A DNA stretch of 64,000 nucleotides, from the IMG/VR virus record IMGVR_UViG_3300025715_000009, positions 64,001 to 128,000 of that record; one strand, written 5' to 3'. Numbering within the stretch: the first letter of the stretch is position 1; each line of letters starts with the position of its first letter. The notes below the pieces were generated by a model. The model did not search any database. It was not told where the DNA came from and saw only the letters and a list, made by a program, of their open reading frames with translations. Below, in pieces: positions 31,674-43,461 of the stretch. Position numbers and translations under genes: made by a program. The DNA comes from a virus. Its lineage: Duplodnaviria > Caudoviricetes.

Positions 31674-34466
31674 ATGGCACGATTTTTAATTTCGCCTGGA
31701 GTAATTACACGTGAAGTTGATAATTCACAATACGCAGCAACAAATCCTGGACTTGGTAATATCGCTGCTCTTGTTGGTTATGCAGAGAAAGGACCTTTTG
31801 AGCCTACATTAGTTACTGGAACACAGAACTTTGTAGAAAAATTTGGTAAGACTCTTGCCAATGCTCCATACCTTGCTCAAGCAGCCTACAAATATTTTGA
31901 AGAGAACGATACTCTTCTTGTAGTGAGAGCAGGTAATAATCAAGATCCAGAAGCTTATCCAAATGCTGCACAATACTCCAGTCTAAAAGTACGACTCAAT
32001 CCAACAAATCAAAACGCAACTGCTGGTTATCAAAAATTTGTACCAACAGCTGATGTACAACCAGGGATGTTTAGTAGTGGGGCATCTTATGGTTTCAAAG
32101 TTTTGGCAGACTTTAGAGCATTTAAGACACCAAAATATCTTGAAAAATGGAATGGTATGGCTGTAGAAACAGCAAACTCTTTAGGTCCATCTCCAATGAC
32201 AAGTATATATGAGACTGTCTTTAAAACAGCTTTCACATCTTCATCAGCTTCTGCATTTGAAGCTAATTACAAGAGAAAGCATTCTGCAGGATCAACTGCT
32301 GAATACTATGGTACAGGTACAAAATCAGGTTCAAGCTTTGGTGATACAGTTTCTGCAACTTTATATAAATATAGAGATAACGATACATATGCTGATGATC
32401 CAACTGACTTTATTGTGTTAAATGGTAGTTATGCCGCTAATGCTGTTGGTAGTGTAAATATTCTTGATGGAAAAGATTTCAGTACAACAAGTGGAACATT
32501 GGTTATTACTCTTGGTGCAGTAGCTTATACTGTTACATTAGATGAAGCATTTGCAAATGCTGATGCTCTTGCTGCTGGAATCAATACAGCACTAGAAACT
32601 GCTGATGATGGCACTGGTGTTGTTGATATTTCTAATAGAATAGAAGCATCAGTTCTTAAACAAACAGCAACAACTGCTTATTTAAGATTAGTTAAGAAAT
32701 CAAGCACAAATACTGGATTTACTCTTGGTGGAACTGCATTAGCAACACTTGGATTAACTTCAGGAGAATATCTTGATTCAAAAGGCATAATCGGTACTTG
32801 GCATGCTGAAACTGTTTTATCTGGAACACCACAAACATTTAGCGGTGTGTTTAGTTATACATTACAAAAAACAGAAGCTGCCGCTCTTTCATTTGAAGAC
32901 TATGCAGAGATCAGTGTAGCCGCTCCTCTTTCAGGAACATGGACATTGAGCGATATTGCTTCTCAAATTCAAACAGGATTAAATACAGCTTTTACTGCCT
33001 ATAACCATCCTCAAGCAAGAGGCATAGCAGCAGTAGCAGGTGATGGTAAGATTACAATTACTGCAAGTGATTTAGCATCTACTATGGCATCAATAGTAAA
33101 AATTGAAGCACCATCATCTGGTAATTCTTTGATTACATTGCTTGGTGGAGTAGAATCACCAGTTAATGGTCTTTCTCCATCTTCAGTTGGTGAAGCAGTT
33201 TATACAATCAAAGCTAAAGAAAAAGGTTCTTATGGCCAAAAACTTATTCTTAGAACAGAAGAAAAGAGAGTTAATTTAGGACCGGAACAAGTTATTTATC
33301 ATAATATCTATGTTCTTTTAGATGGTTACGAAGTTAGAACATATCAAAAGATTAATTGGACAAATCCAGAAGATGCTAATTTCTTCCTTACAAGAATGGC
33401 AAGTGATCCTTATGTTTCAATTGATGCTGAAGATGAAGATGGCGATGAAATATTTGCTCAACTTCCAAATGGTGATTGGGCATTAGGTCAAAGTGAATTA
33501 CCAAATGGTGTAACAACACAACAAGCTGAAATTGTTTCTTATACAGTAGGAACAAATGGTTGGACAGAATCAAATGGTCTTATAACTTCTATGTCTGCTG
33601 ATTTAAAGAAAGCATTAGAGAAATTATACAATCCTGAAGTTTATGATTTCAATCTTGTAGCTGCTCCAGGTTCTGCTGATCCAATAGTACAAAATGCAAT
33701 TCAAGATCTTTGCGAAAGCAGAAAAGATTGTTTTGGAATTGTTGATGCAGCTCCATTTGGATTAGGACTTGGCATTAAAGAAGGACTTAATAGTGTTGTA
33801 GATGTAACATCATCTTGTAACACAATTAATTCTTCTTATGTTGGAGTTTTCTGGCCATGGTGTCAAGATTATGATGCTGATAATGAACAATATGTATGGC
33901 TTCCACCATCAGTCTATGCTCTCAAGAGCATGGTTTATACAGATAATGTTGCTGATCCTTGGTATGCACCAGCTGGTACATCAAGAGGCAAGGTATCTGC
34001 ATTAGATGTAGAATATTCACCATCAAGAGGTGATAGAGATCTTCTTTATGGGGATACAAATATTGTTAACCCAATTGTATACTTTGTAAATGAAGGCATT
34101 ACAATTTGGGGTCAAAAAACAGGACAGAGAGTTAAATCTGCAACTGATAGAATCAATGTAAGAAGATTGATGATTTATGCTGAAAAGTTGATTGCAAATA
34201 TGGCAAGAGGATTCTTATTTGAACCACATGATTCTGCTAATTGGGCTGCATTTACAAGACAAGCAAATGCTATTCTTGAACCAATTAGACAACGTCGTGG
34301 TCTATATCAATACTCTGTTGTTTGTGACTCTTCAACAAATACAGCTGATTTAATTAATCAAAATATTATGGCTGGTAAGATTTATCTTCAACCTCTAAAA
34401 TCGGTCGAGTTTATAGAGGTTGAATTTACAATCAATGCAACTGGAGAAGTCACCGTTGCAGAATAA
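31674..34466 (+). CDS. Contractile tail sheath protein (T4 gp18-like)
   Basis: LISPGVITREVD, GYAEKGP, WYAPAG..RG, WGQKT, DRINVRRL, FEPHD, VVCD..N, EFIEVEF. Confidence 0.95.
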   Translation: MARFLISPGVITREVDNSQYAATNPGLGNIAALVGYAEKGPFEPTLVTGTQNFVEKFGKTLANAPYLAQAAYKYFEENDTLLVVRAGNNQDPEAYPNAAQYSSLKVRLNPTNQNATAGYQKFVPTADVQPGMFSSGASYGFKVLADFRAFKTPKYLEKWNGMAVETANSLGPSPMTSIYETVFKTAFTSSSASAFEANYKRKHSAGSTAEYYGTGTKSGSSFGDTVSATLYKYRDNDTYADDPTDFIVLNGSYAANAVGSVNILDGKDFSTTSGTLVITLGAVAYTVTLDEAFANADALAAGINTALETADDGTGVVDISNRIEASVLKQTATTAYLRLVKKSSTNTGFTLGGTALATLGLTSGEYLDSKGIIGTWHAETVLSGTPQTFSGVFSYTLQKTEAAALSFEDYAEISVAAPLSGTWTLSDIASQIQTGLNTAFTAYNHPQARGIAAVAGDGKITITASDLASTMASIVKIEAPSSGNSLITLLGGVESPVNGLSPSSVGEAVYTIKAKEKGSYGQKLILRTEEKRVNLGPEQVIYHNIYVLLDGYEVRTYQKINWTNPEDANFFLTRMASDPYVSIDAEDEDGDEIFAQLPNGDWALGQSELPNGVTTQQAEIVSYTVGTNGWTESNGLITSMSADLKKALEKLYNPEVYDFNLVAAPGSADPIVQNAIQDLCESRKDCFGIVDAAPFGLGLGIKEGLNSVVDVTSSCNTINSSYVGVFWPWCQDYDADNEQYVWLPPSVYALKSMVYTDNVADPWYAPAGTSRGKVSALDVEYSPSRGDRDLLYGDTNIVNPIVYFVNEGITIWGQKTGQRVKSATDRINVRRLMIYAEKLIANMARGFLFEPHDSANWAAFTRQANAILEPIRQRRGLYQYSVVCDSSTNTADLINQNIMAGKIYLQPLKSVEFIEVEFTINATGEVTVAE

Positions 34467-35418
34467 TACAGGTATAATCTTTTTCATCTAAAAGAAAAAG
34501 AAATTGTTTATTTAATAAAGCTGCATATTTTTGTGCAGCTTTATTTTTTGCATCTATTTTTCCAGATTTCAAATCTTTATAATACCAAATATGACTTTGT
34601 TTTATTTCAATTAAATATTTTTCTGTTTCAAAATCAATAGTATACTTTAAATTTTGATTATTCAACATATAATCTATTGATGGGCCATTTTTAATAAAAA
34701 TATTATTATGTTCACAAAATTTTATAAAATTTAATTCAGGTTTTGTTTGATATATTAATGGTCCAAATTTAGATTTATAGTGTTTTAATTTCCACGAATC
34801 ATTTCTTGCTTCAATTTGTCTTTTTAATATTTCTGTGTTTTGTGATAAATAATACACACCATATTTTTTTAAAAATGTATATTTTATTTTATTTTTTATA
34901 ATATTTTTTTCTTCTTCTGTTTTATTTTGTTGAGTTCTAGAAATTTTATTTCTAATTTCTTGTTTTTCTAATGCTGATTTATTTTTCATAGTTTCATACC
35001 ATTTTTTATTTCTTTTCTCCCAGTCTAGCGATTTTATCATTTTCTTTGTCATCTCTTGACGTTTTTCTGGTGATAAACTGTTCATTGCCTGTTTTGTTGT
35101 TTCTGATATTTTTTTATTTAGTTCTTGTCTCTTTTCCTTAGACATTTTATTATGAACTTCTTGCACTGTCTTTTTTCTAATACAGGAAGTACATAAATCA
35201 TATTTTCTGTTTTTAAAGTTTGACCAAATCGCAGTCTCTAAATTACCACAACTGCATTCAAATACAATCTTATCAGAAGATATAATAATATAAAAATCAT
35301 TAATTAAATAAGATGAAATGTTTTTTCTTGTTTTCACTTTTAAATTGTTTTTAAATTCAATCTTATCTTTTCCAAAGAAAAACTCACCTTGTGATGTAAT
35401 AAATTTTATTAATTTCAT
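34450..35418 (-). mobile_element. Second putative free-standing homing endonuclease, paralogue of 25000-25887
   Basis: Closely matching C-term domain ELNFIKFCE..GPSI..YTIDFETEKYLIEIKQSHIWY..KAA; 17-bp convergent overlap with the sheath gene. Confidence 0.7.
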
Positions 35419-35775
35419 AAAATCCTTTTTGTTGGTTGTATAAATATATTTAATATAAATATGCTTTTAATTTAATAAAAGAGAAGATAATTTCATGGAA
35501 ATATATAAACTTTTATTAGATAATGCTTTTTTAGGAAATGATATTTTTAAACAAGAAATGAATGGTGAACTATTCGATTATTTATCTAATATGTTAGATC
35601 AAGATTATCAAGCCACATATGTTAATGACGTTTCTTTAATTGATGGAAAATTAGTTTTTCAATTACTTGTCAATGATTTTACTCAAACAAAAAGTTGGAA
35701 TACCGATCGTGATCCGTGGATCGAAATAATATTTGATCTTAAAAAAGAAAAGTTTATTATTACAGGCATACAACA

Positions 35776-36801
35776 ATGAAATATATAGCCAGAGAACAAA
35801 TAAAATATTTATTTGGTAATCCAAAACATGTAATGCAAAATGGTCTATGGTTTAGTGGTTATGAAGACGAAGGTGAATATAAAGTATGGCATGATAATGG
35901 TCAATTACGTTTACACTGTTTTGTAAAAAAACTTAAAAAACATGGTGAATATAAATTATGGAATAAAACTGGTGAATTAATATGTCATAGATTATACAAA
36001 AATGATAAAGTGATCAAGGATTATTTAAAATGAAATATGTAGCAAGAAAACAAATTTATGACTTATTTCTTTCTCCAGAAAACACATTGTCTCATGGTCT
36101 ATGGTTTAGTGGATATGAAGAAGAAGGTGAATATAGAGAATGGTATAAAAATGGTCAATTATCAGAAGTTGCATTTTTTAAAAACGGGATAGCACATGGA
36201 GAATGTAAATTATGGGACAAAGACGGTAATTTAACTAATCATTGGTTGTTTGATAATGGTGAAGTAGTAAGGGATTATTTAGAATGAAATACGTAGCTAG
36301 ACAACAAGTTAAAAAATTATTTAAGAATCCTCTAGAAGCTATGGCTAATGGTTTATGGTTTAGTGGTTATGAGGGTGAAGGTGAATATAAAGTTTGGTAT
36401 AATAACAATAAACTGTTTGTACATTCTTTTTATAAGAATGGTGAATTAGATGGTGAGTTTAAACAATGGTGGAGAAATGGTGAATTTATATATCATAAAT
36501 TATATAAAAATGGTGAAGAAATTAAGGATTATTTGAAATGAAATACGTAGCAAGAAAACAACTAAAATCATTATTTAATAATCCTTTCGAAGCCATGGAA
36601 GAAGGCTTATGGTTTAGTGGATATATGGGTGAAGGTGAGTATAAAGAGTGGTATGAAAATGGAAAATTATGGGTACATTGTTTTTATAAAAATGGCAAAA
36701 AAAACGGTGAATATAAAGAATGGTGGAAAGATGAAAATGAACTATATGCACATTTATTATTAAAAAACAATGAAGTGGTTGAAGATTATTTAAATAAATA
36801 G
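35776..36801 (+). CDS. Array of four MORN-variant repeat proteins: 35776-36033, 36030-36287, 36284-36541, 36538-36801
   Basis: MKY(I/V)ARxQhxxLF..GLWFSGY..GEYxxW; DYL ends. Confidence 0.85.
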
Positions 36802-36816
36802 GACAAGATAATTATT

Positions 36817-38526
36817 ATGCAAATAAAAAATTTTAGTTTATTATTAGAAAGTGGAATAAGAATACCACCAGGAACACACGCAGCAAAAATAGTTCATCAC
36901 CAAGATTTGGATGGTGTTTTTTCTGCTATTGTTGTCTATAATCAACTTATCAAACAAGGTATAAATCCAAGAAACATAACAACTCATTGGATACAATATA
37001 GCGAAGATGATAGCTCCTATATTCAAAAATTGAAAAAATCAAAAGGTCAAATGGTAGCATTAGTAGATTTTGCTAAACTACCAGAAGGAGCAGTTAAACC
37101 AGATTTTTGGACAGATCATCATCAATCAACAAAACATATATCTGCAGGCGGGGGAAAAGTAGGAGCAACAGAATTTAAAAGCGATACAGATCATTTAGTT
37201 TTATTACATACAGAAAATTTAGTTGATAGATCAACTGTAGAAGTTATCAATCGTATAGATAGCGCATCTTTTACTAATATAGAAGATATTCTTACTTTAA
37301 AAAAGGATTTTAAAGAGAAGGGTAGATTAGAGCGTTTAGCAATTATTTGTAATGCATTATTAGTAGAATCAGGCATACTGAACGATAATACTTTATTGGA
37401 AAGTTTTATAAAATCAACTAAACCATCAATTGTTTCTTTTTATGTTAATATTCTTGAGTATAATAGATTAAATGAAATACAATTACAAGCAATAAAAGAA
37501 TTGAAAAAACCAGAACCTGACTGGGATTTAGTTGAGAAAGCACGTCGAGCTATGCCAAATTTAAAAGCAAAAAAACGTATATATAAAGGTGCTTCTGTAA
37601 ATGAAGGAGCTATTGAAGATTATCAGGAATTAAAAGACCTAAGATCTAAAAAAAGAACACCAAAAGAAGAAGAACGATACCAAGAATTAGTAAATAAACC
37701 AATAGAGAAGATAAAACATGCAAGACATAGTGCATTACAAAAAGAAAAGGGAAAAGATACGACATTTGAAAAAAGAGGATCAACTCTTATCCAAAATAAT
37801 CCAAGATTACAGAGATATATTTGGACACAGTTGAACACAGCTGGCATAAAATATCCATTTGTTATTAAACGCTATCCGACGTTTATACAAGTAGCAGTTA
37901 ATCCAGATTTGCCAGATGAAATACGTGATAAAATTGATTTAGGAGCAATATCCAACTTAGTGATGAAACAAATAAGATCCAAATTTGAAAATAAGTATAA
38001 TGCATGGGCATTTGATATTATTGAAGGAGATAGTGGTGGACATAAGGGTATAACCAACATCTCATCTCTCGGAACATTAGGTATAATGAATAAGGCAGAT
38101 CGTGATGAGTTAAAATATTTCGAGTCATTAGAAGGAAGAATCAAAGCATTAAAGAAAATCAACAAAGACATGAGTGATGAAGATAAAGAAAAATTATCTC
38201 AAGCTCAAGAAATGTTAGATAAAAAAGAAATACAAGAAGTAGATTATGATAAATTAAAAAAATTGTTATCTTCACCAATGAGAAGATTAATGCCACAGCA
38301 TTTTGCCAAGATGCAAGAATTAAAAGATAAAAAAGCAGAAAGAGCATTAGAAAGAAAGAAAATAATGGATGAAATTGTTGAAGAATTTATTAATCAATTT
38401 GAATTACGCTTTGGTGCATCCAAACAAGAACCAGTTATGAGTAAAAATAAAAATGTAAAACTAACTGGTGGCAAAAAAGAATATGAGTTTGAATCATTAA
38501 ATACCATCTTGGATGAATTATTGTGA
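36817..38526 (+). CDS. DHH-family phosphoesterase-like protein, possibly virion-associated
   Basis: HHQDLDG, LVDFA, WTDHH, IDSA, SGGHKGITN. Confidence 0.7.
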   Translation: MQIKNFSLLLESGIRIPPGTHAAKIVHHQDLDGVFSAIVVYNQLIKQGINPRNITTHWIQYSEDDSSYIQKLKKSKGQMVALVDFAKLPEGAVKPDFWTDHHQSTKHISAGGGKVGATEFKSDTDHLVLLHTENLVDRSTVEVINRIDSASFTNIEDILTLKKDFKEKGRLERLAIICNALLVESGILNDNTLLESFIKSTKPSIVSFYVNILEYNRLNEIQLQAIKELKKPEPDWDLVEKARRAMPNLKAKKRIYKGASVNEGAIEDYQELKDLRSKKRTPKEEERYQELVNKPIEKIKHARHSALQKEKGKDTTFEKRGSTLIQNNPRLQRYIWTQLNTAGIKYPFVIKRYPTFIQVAVNPDLPDEIRDKIDLGAISNLVMKQIRSKFENKYNAWAFDIIEGDSGGHKGITNISSLGTLGIMNKADRDELKYFESLEGRIKALKKINKDMSDEDKEKLSQAQEMLDKKEIQEVDYDKLKKLLSSPMRRLMPQHFAKMQELKDKKAERALERKKIMDEIVEEFINQFELRFGASKQEPVMSKNKNVKLTGGKKEYEFESLNTILDELL

Positions 38527-41500
38527 TAAGTTTTAAAGATTTAGAAATAAACAATGTTTACTCATTTTTAATGAATAAAGAGTTTTCATTGTTTTATGTG
38601 AAAAATATAAATAAAAAAAATGTAAATACAATGTTTATAAAATATCATAAAAATAAATTTGATATATATGATGAAACACTTGATCCTAATGAATTTAATC
38701 ATCCAAGTTTAATATTCAAAAGACATGAAAAAACAGATTTTAAAATTATAATAAAGATGATTTTCAACCCACAGGGATTTATATGATATATTTTGATGAA
38801 AAAGAATTATTACCAATAATTAGATATACTTTTATTTTTACAAAATCAGAAAGTATAGGTGATATATGTTTTATTGATTATTATTCTGGTAGATATGATT
38901 TATTTAGACAAAAAAATATTGCTTTTAAAAATACAATATCTTATAAATATGCCGAAGAAGCAACTGATGCTCACTTACAAAAATTGATTAGAATAGTGTT
39001 TCATCCACATATGAGGCTAAAATGAATCTATTTGAATTATTACAAAAAGAATTAAAGGTTAATACCAAAGAATTATATAAAGTAATACCAACTGCTAGCA
39101 TAACTTTTCATTTAGAAATGGCTTGGGATGAATTAAGCCATAGAAAGAAAGCTGAAGAAATAGCTACAAAACATAAATCTGGCATAGCCAGTGGAAAAGG
39201 ATTGGCTGGATCTCATGACAAAGCAGCTAATTTAGAAGTTCCATGGATTAATTTAGAATTTCATAAAAATGATACAGAAAGAAAATTTTTACAAAAAGAC
39301 ATGATACAAAACATGTTATGTAGAATAGATGCAATAAAAGAAAATAATATCAAACTTGATAAAAAAGAAAGTCCTAATACTAAACTGGTAGTTTTAAATA
39401 ATGTTATTGAAATGATGTTAGGCGGAAAATATTCTTCAGTCGATGATGAAAAAGATTTGGAAGTTTTTGATAAAACTCCAGACTCAAAATATTATACATT
39501 TGAAAACTTTCAAAAGCATTTATATGCCCAAGCAAGTAATTATTTAAACAAAACAATTGTTTTAAATAAACAGAATGAAGGATATCCTGATTTCTCATTT
39601 GATATTAATATTTTTAAAAATGTTTTTCTATACTCAAATATAAAAGTAATTCACCCAACAGAATTTGAGAAAACTGGCAAATCTCACCTATTCATGAAAT
39701 AAAAATCTTTAAAATTAAAAGACAAATGCACCATTTCTTGACCACATGCCATCATAGTAAACATTTCGTTTTCATATAGGTCAGGATGTTCATCCCAAAC
39801 AAGACAGAGTTTGTAATACTCATATTCATCAACAACAAAACTGAAATCAAATAATGGATCTTGAACATCTGGGATAGATTTTATTTCTATTCCTAGATCC
39901 TTGAGTTTTGTTATTGTATCATTGAATACTTGAAGTTTTTCTTGCATACAAGGATATTTATCCATGTAAGTAAAGTGTTGATCCTCTTCTCTAATCCAAA
40001 GAGTCCACCCTTGTTCACTTACATATGAACTAATGTTTAGAGTATGATCATGGGGAGTAAGATCATTGGTTAGTTTATCAAAAGCTTGAAAATCTTCAAT
40101 AGAAGCAAAATGAATAAGATGGTTAACATCATCAATGGATAGATAAGGTAAACCACTTTTGAGTAATGTTCTTTTATATGCCCAAAATGCTTCTTTTAAA
40201 TTCATGCTTGAATTATACTCCATTATATACTTTTTCTAAACTCTATAGTAGTAATATATTTATTCTATATTTATACGTTCACATGGTGAACTCCAGAGTT
40301 CATGTAGTGAACAGCCCTGTTCATTTAATAAACAGCCTAACTTAGTAATGATTTAGCAAACATTACTAATGTCTCATCATTAATTGGGTGGAATTTAAAA
40401 TCAGTATATTCTTTTTGAGATAGTTTAAACCATTCAATATAATCCTGTGGATAGGCAAGAAAATAGGCCATTTCATCTTCTTTTAGAATAGATGGGACAG
40501 CAATTCCACACCCCCAATATCCTTGGAAATTAGGATCACTTTCTCTTGGACCTATATTATCCAACTCATAAGAAACGCATCCATCATGATGCCTATAGCC
40601 TGCTTTTACTGTTCCATTATACCAACCATTATGTTTTTCAATATAAACAACAATTCTATCGCCTATATTGAAATGATCAAATGGTCTTTCATAGGGTAGA
40701 ACAATCATATTTAATCCTTGATATATTCAACAAATTCTACATTATAGAGAGAAAAATCCTTGGTTTTATTTGGTAGTTTGATGCGAACAATATGTTCAAT
40801 ATATTCTACTGCATCAAGTGTAAGATCTTCAAAATCATATTTATTACCATGGGTGGTACAAACACGAATCATAATATCCTCCTAATAATACATATCAAAA
40901 ATCACCTTGTTATCAAGATGTGGAATTCGAGATTTCGGAATCCAAAGCTCTACATCAATCATTGATGATCTTGTAAGTTCATATTTTACTGATACAACTT
41001 CTAGTTCACAATCTTTAACAACAACAAGATCGCCAACAGATGGCTTAAATTCCATATCTTGTGAACCAAGACGAGTTTTAAATTTATCCAGATTTGTATG
41101 AAAGTTAATGCGCATTATTCCTCCACATAAACAAGAATAACAAAATCCCCAAACCAACGCCAAGTCCACTTTCCTTCAATACAACCATCCTTGATCTTGT
41201 CTGCATGCTTAGCAAGAACATTGGTGGGAACCAGATAAATTCCATTATCATCTTCAGCCCAAAAGAGGCGAGAATCAATTGGTTCTTTGATCTTGAGTGT
41301 AGCATCAAAAACCTTGTTGACATGCCAATCAATTTTATATGTTTCTTTCTTATAAGGTAAAGCTACTGCAAGACCATGAACATATGGGACAAGACCCTTC
41401 TTTTTTTCATAATCAAAGATAGAAATCTTGAATTGTGATTGCCATAGAGCAAGAGCAATAAACCAACACACCATACCAGATATAATTGTGGGGAAAAGAA

Positions 41501-41664
41501 TCCACAGCTTACCTGGTCCAAAAGCTGAATCAACAGTCTTTGTCCAATATTCAGGGCTATTAAATAATGCCCAAGACATCCCGAGTGTCATTACAAAAAC
41601 TGCAACAAATGACACAACTAGAACAATAAGAAATCGAAAAAGATTCTTATACCAAAAAACAGGC

Positions 41665-42210
41665 CTAGTTTTCATTCATAACCTCCTCAAACAAATCATA
41701 AATCCAAGGATCACACCACTCTGGAGATTTACTTACTCCAATTCCAACTATATCATTAGAAATTATACCACAAGTGCCTTGACCTCTAATGATTTTTTTA
41801 TACCCCATGCGTCTTTTTTCAAATTTTCCTATTTCATGATCTGGCCATAACCACTCACATCTACCCCACCCCTGACGAAAACAAAGTTCAACATTGGGAT
41901 ATCTCCATTCAAATATAGAGCTTTTTCTATATTTGTAATAATTAGCCCAAGTCCCTTCATTTAATTCCTTGGGGTCATCATAGTTGATACGATCTTCATA
42001 TACTACATCTGAGTGGAAGTCAACATTGATAACCTTGTCAACTTTATATTTATTAAGATGAGAAAGAATCTCTTCATGTGAAGAACATAGAAAAATAGGC
42101 TTTTTTAAGGATTTAACTTTTTGAAGAAAATTACGGGCATTAACTTGAGAGAGTTGTTTTTCATATTTATTTGCCCAATAATCAAGATCAATAGACAGAT
42201 AAGTTTTCAA
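41665..42210 (-). CDS. UPF0489/arginase-fold-like protein
   Basis: YLSIDLDYW, SHEEI, NVDFHSD, NEGTW, SPEWC. Confidence 0.55.
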   Translation of the reverse strand: MKTYLSIDLDYWANKYEKQLSQVNARNFLQKVKSLKKPIFLCSSHEEILSHLNKYKVDKVINVDFHSDVVYEDRINYDDPKELNEGTWANYYKYRKSSIFEWRYPNVELCFRQGWGRCEWLWPDHEIGKFEKRRMGYKKIIRGQGTCGIISNDIVGIGVSKSPEWCDPWIYDLFEEVMNEN

Positions 42211-43079
42211 AACAGAAGGCTCCCCTTATCATCCCACTTGGTATAGAGCTTACAATTCTCTCTAAGAATAAGATATTTGATTTCTTCTTTGTCAGATGAT
42301 GTGCTCATGCAATCATCATCAACTACTACGGACATCTCATCAATAGAATATCTAACCGCCCCAAAGGGAAGCCTTTCAAGACGCCGCCCATGAGCTAAAA
42401 TATACTGATTTAGAAGAGTAAAGAAAGAAGGATTAACCTGATGGTTATTAATCCACTTATCCTGAGGAGTATCATTACCAGAAGTATATAGCTTACGAAA
42501 GGTGATCTGATCAGCCCCAAGAGACCTACAGACTTTAAAGATATGCTTAATATCAATGTTGTTATATTCGTCTGTCATGTTGAGAGAAAGACGAAGATTA
42601 AAATCATAACGCTTGATTTCAGAGCAGATATGAGAAATGTCTACTTTGATATTATCAGGAGTGCCATTATATTCTGCATTCTTGTCATCATCGAAAAGAG
42701 AGGAGAGGGATAGAGAGATGGTGTTGATACGAACATCATTACGCATCCAGCGTAGAGATTCATCATTGATAAACACACCAGAAGTCTGAAGTTCAAGCAT
42801 CCTAAAGGGCTTTTCAAGACCCTTATTCATCTCACCAACCATTTCAATAAACGACTGATTGGCCATGGGCTCACCATCACCAGTGAACATTAGAGTGTTG
42901 CAACCATTATCTCTGGCAAAAGCAAGACGCTCTTTATAATCAGTCTTATATAGATCTCTAAAACGCTTATTATCTTCTATCTGATTAGTATAGTCTCCTC
43001 TATGCATCTTGGAGACACAGAATTTGCAGTTGTTAGGGCATCCAGCAGGAACACAAACTGACAATGACTGAATCTGCAT
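42207..43079 (-). CDS. Radical SAM protein
   Basis: CPNNCKFC (CxxxCxxC), FTGDGEP, LQTSG. Confidence 0.9.
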   Translation of the reverse strand: MQIQSLSVCVPAGCPNNCKFCVSKMHRGDYTNQIEDNKRFRDLYKTDYKERLAFARDNGCNTLMFTGDGEPMANQSFIEMVGEMNKGLEKPFRMLELQTSGVFINDESLRWMRNDVRINTISLSLSSLFDDDKNAEYNGTPDNIKVDISHICSEIKRYDFNLRLSLNMTDEYNNIDIKHIFKVCRSLGADQITFRKLYTSGNDTPQDKWINNHQVNPSFFTLLNQYILAHGRRLERLPFGAVRYSIDEMSVVVDDDCMSTSSDKEEIKYLILRENCKLYTKWDDKGSLLF

Positions 43080-43461
43080 AGAGGATCCTCCTATACAGAT
43101 TATATAATATAATCTTCTGTTCTAAATTAAGAATGGATTTTTATAGTCATGTCTATCAAGTAATAACATGTGAGCAGCATTTTTCATTAAAATATCTTGA
43201 ACAAATTGATAAACAAATTCTGCTGATTGTTCACTACAATGTAGTTTTTCTGCTATATATGATAATGAGCATGGATTGGTAAATTCTGATAATCGGAAAC
43301 GATATATAGAGTTATTAAGCATTATTAAGACATGTTCTGTTCCTGCTTCTGGGAAATATATATCACACCCATCTTTATAATTAGCTACACCAATAAAAAC
43401 GCATTGACCACCTATTTCAACTTTATGAATTATACCTTTAAATGGAGATGTATCAAGGATT

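Noticed and set aside
35439-35461. T4-type TATAAATA late promoters
   Set aside because: Two copies in one very AT-rich gap, not seen in front of the other structural genes, where AAGATAA recurs instead.
5762-36801. CRISPR array, or toxin-antitoxin loci, for the MORN repeats
   Set aside because: The repeats are degenerate coding repeats, not constant repeats with unique spacers. There are no cas genes and no adjacent toxin ORFs.
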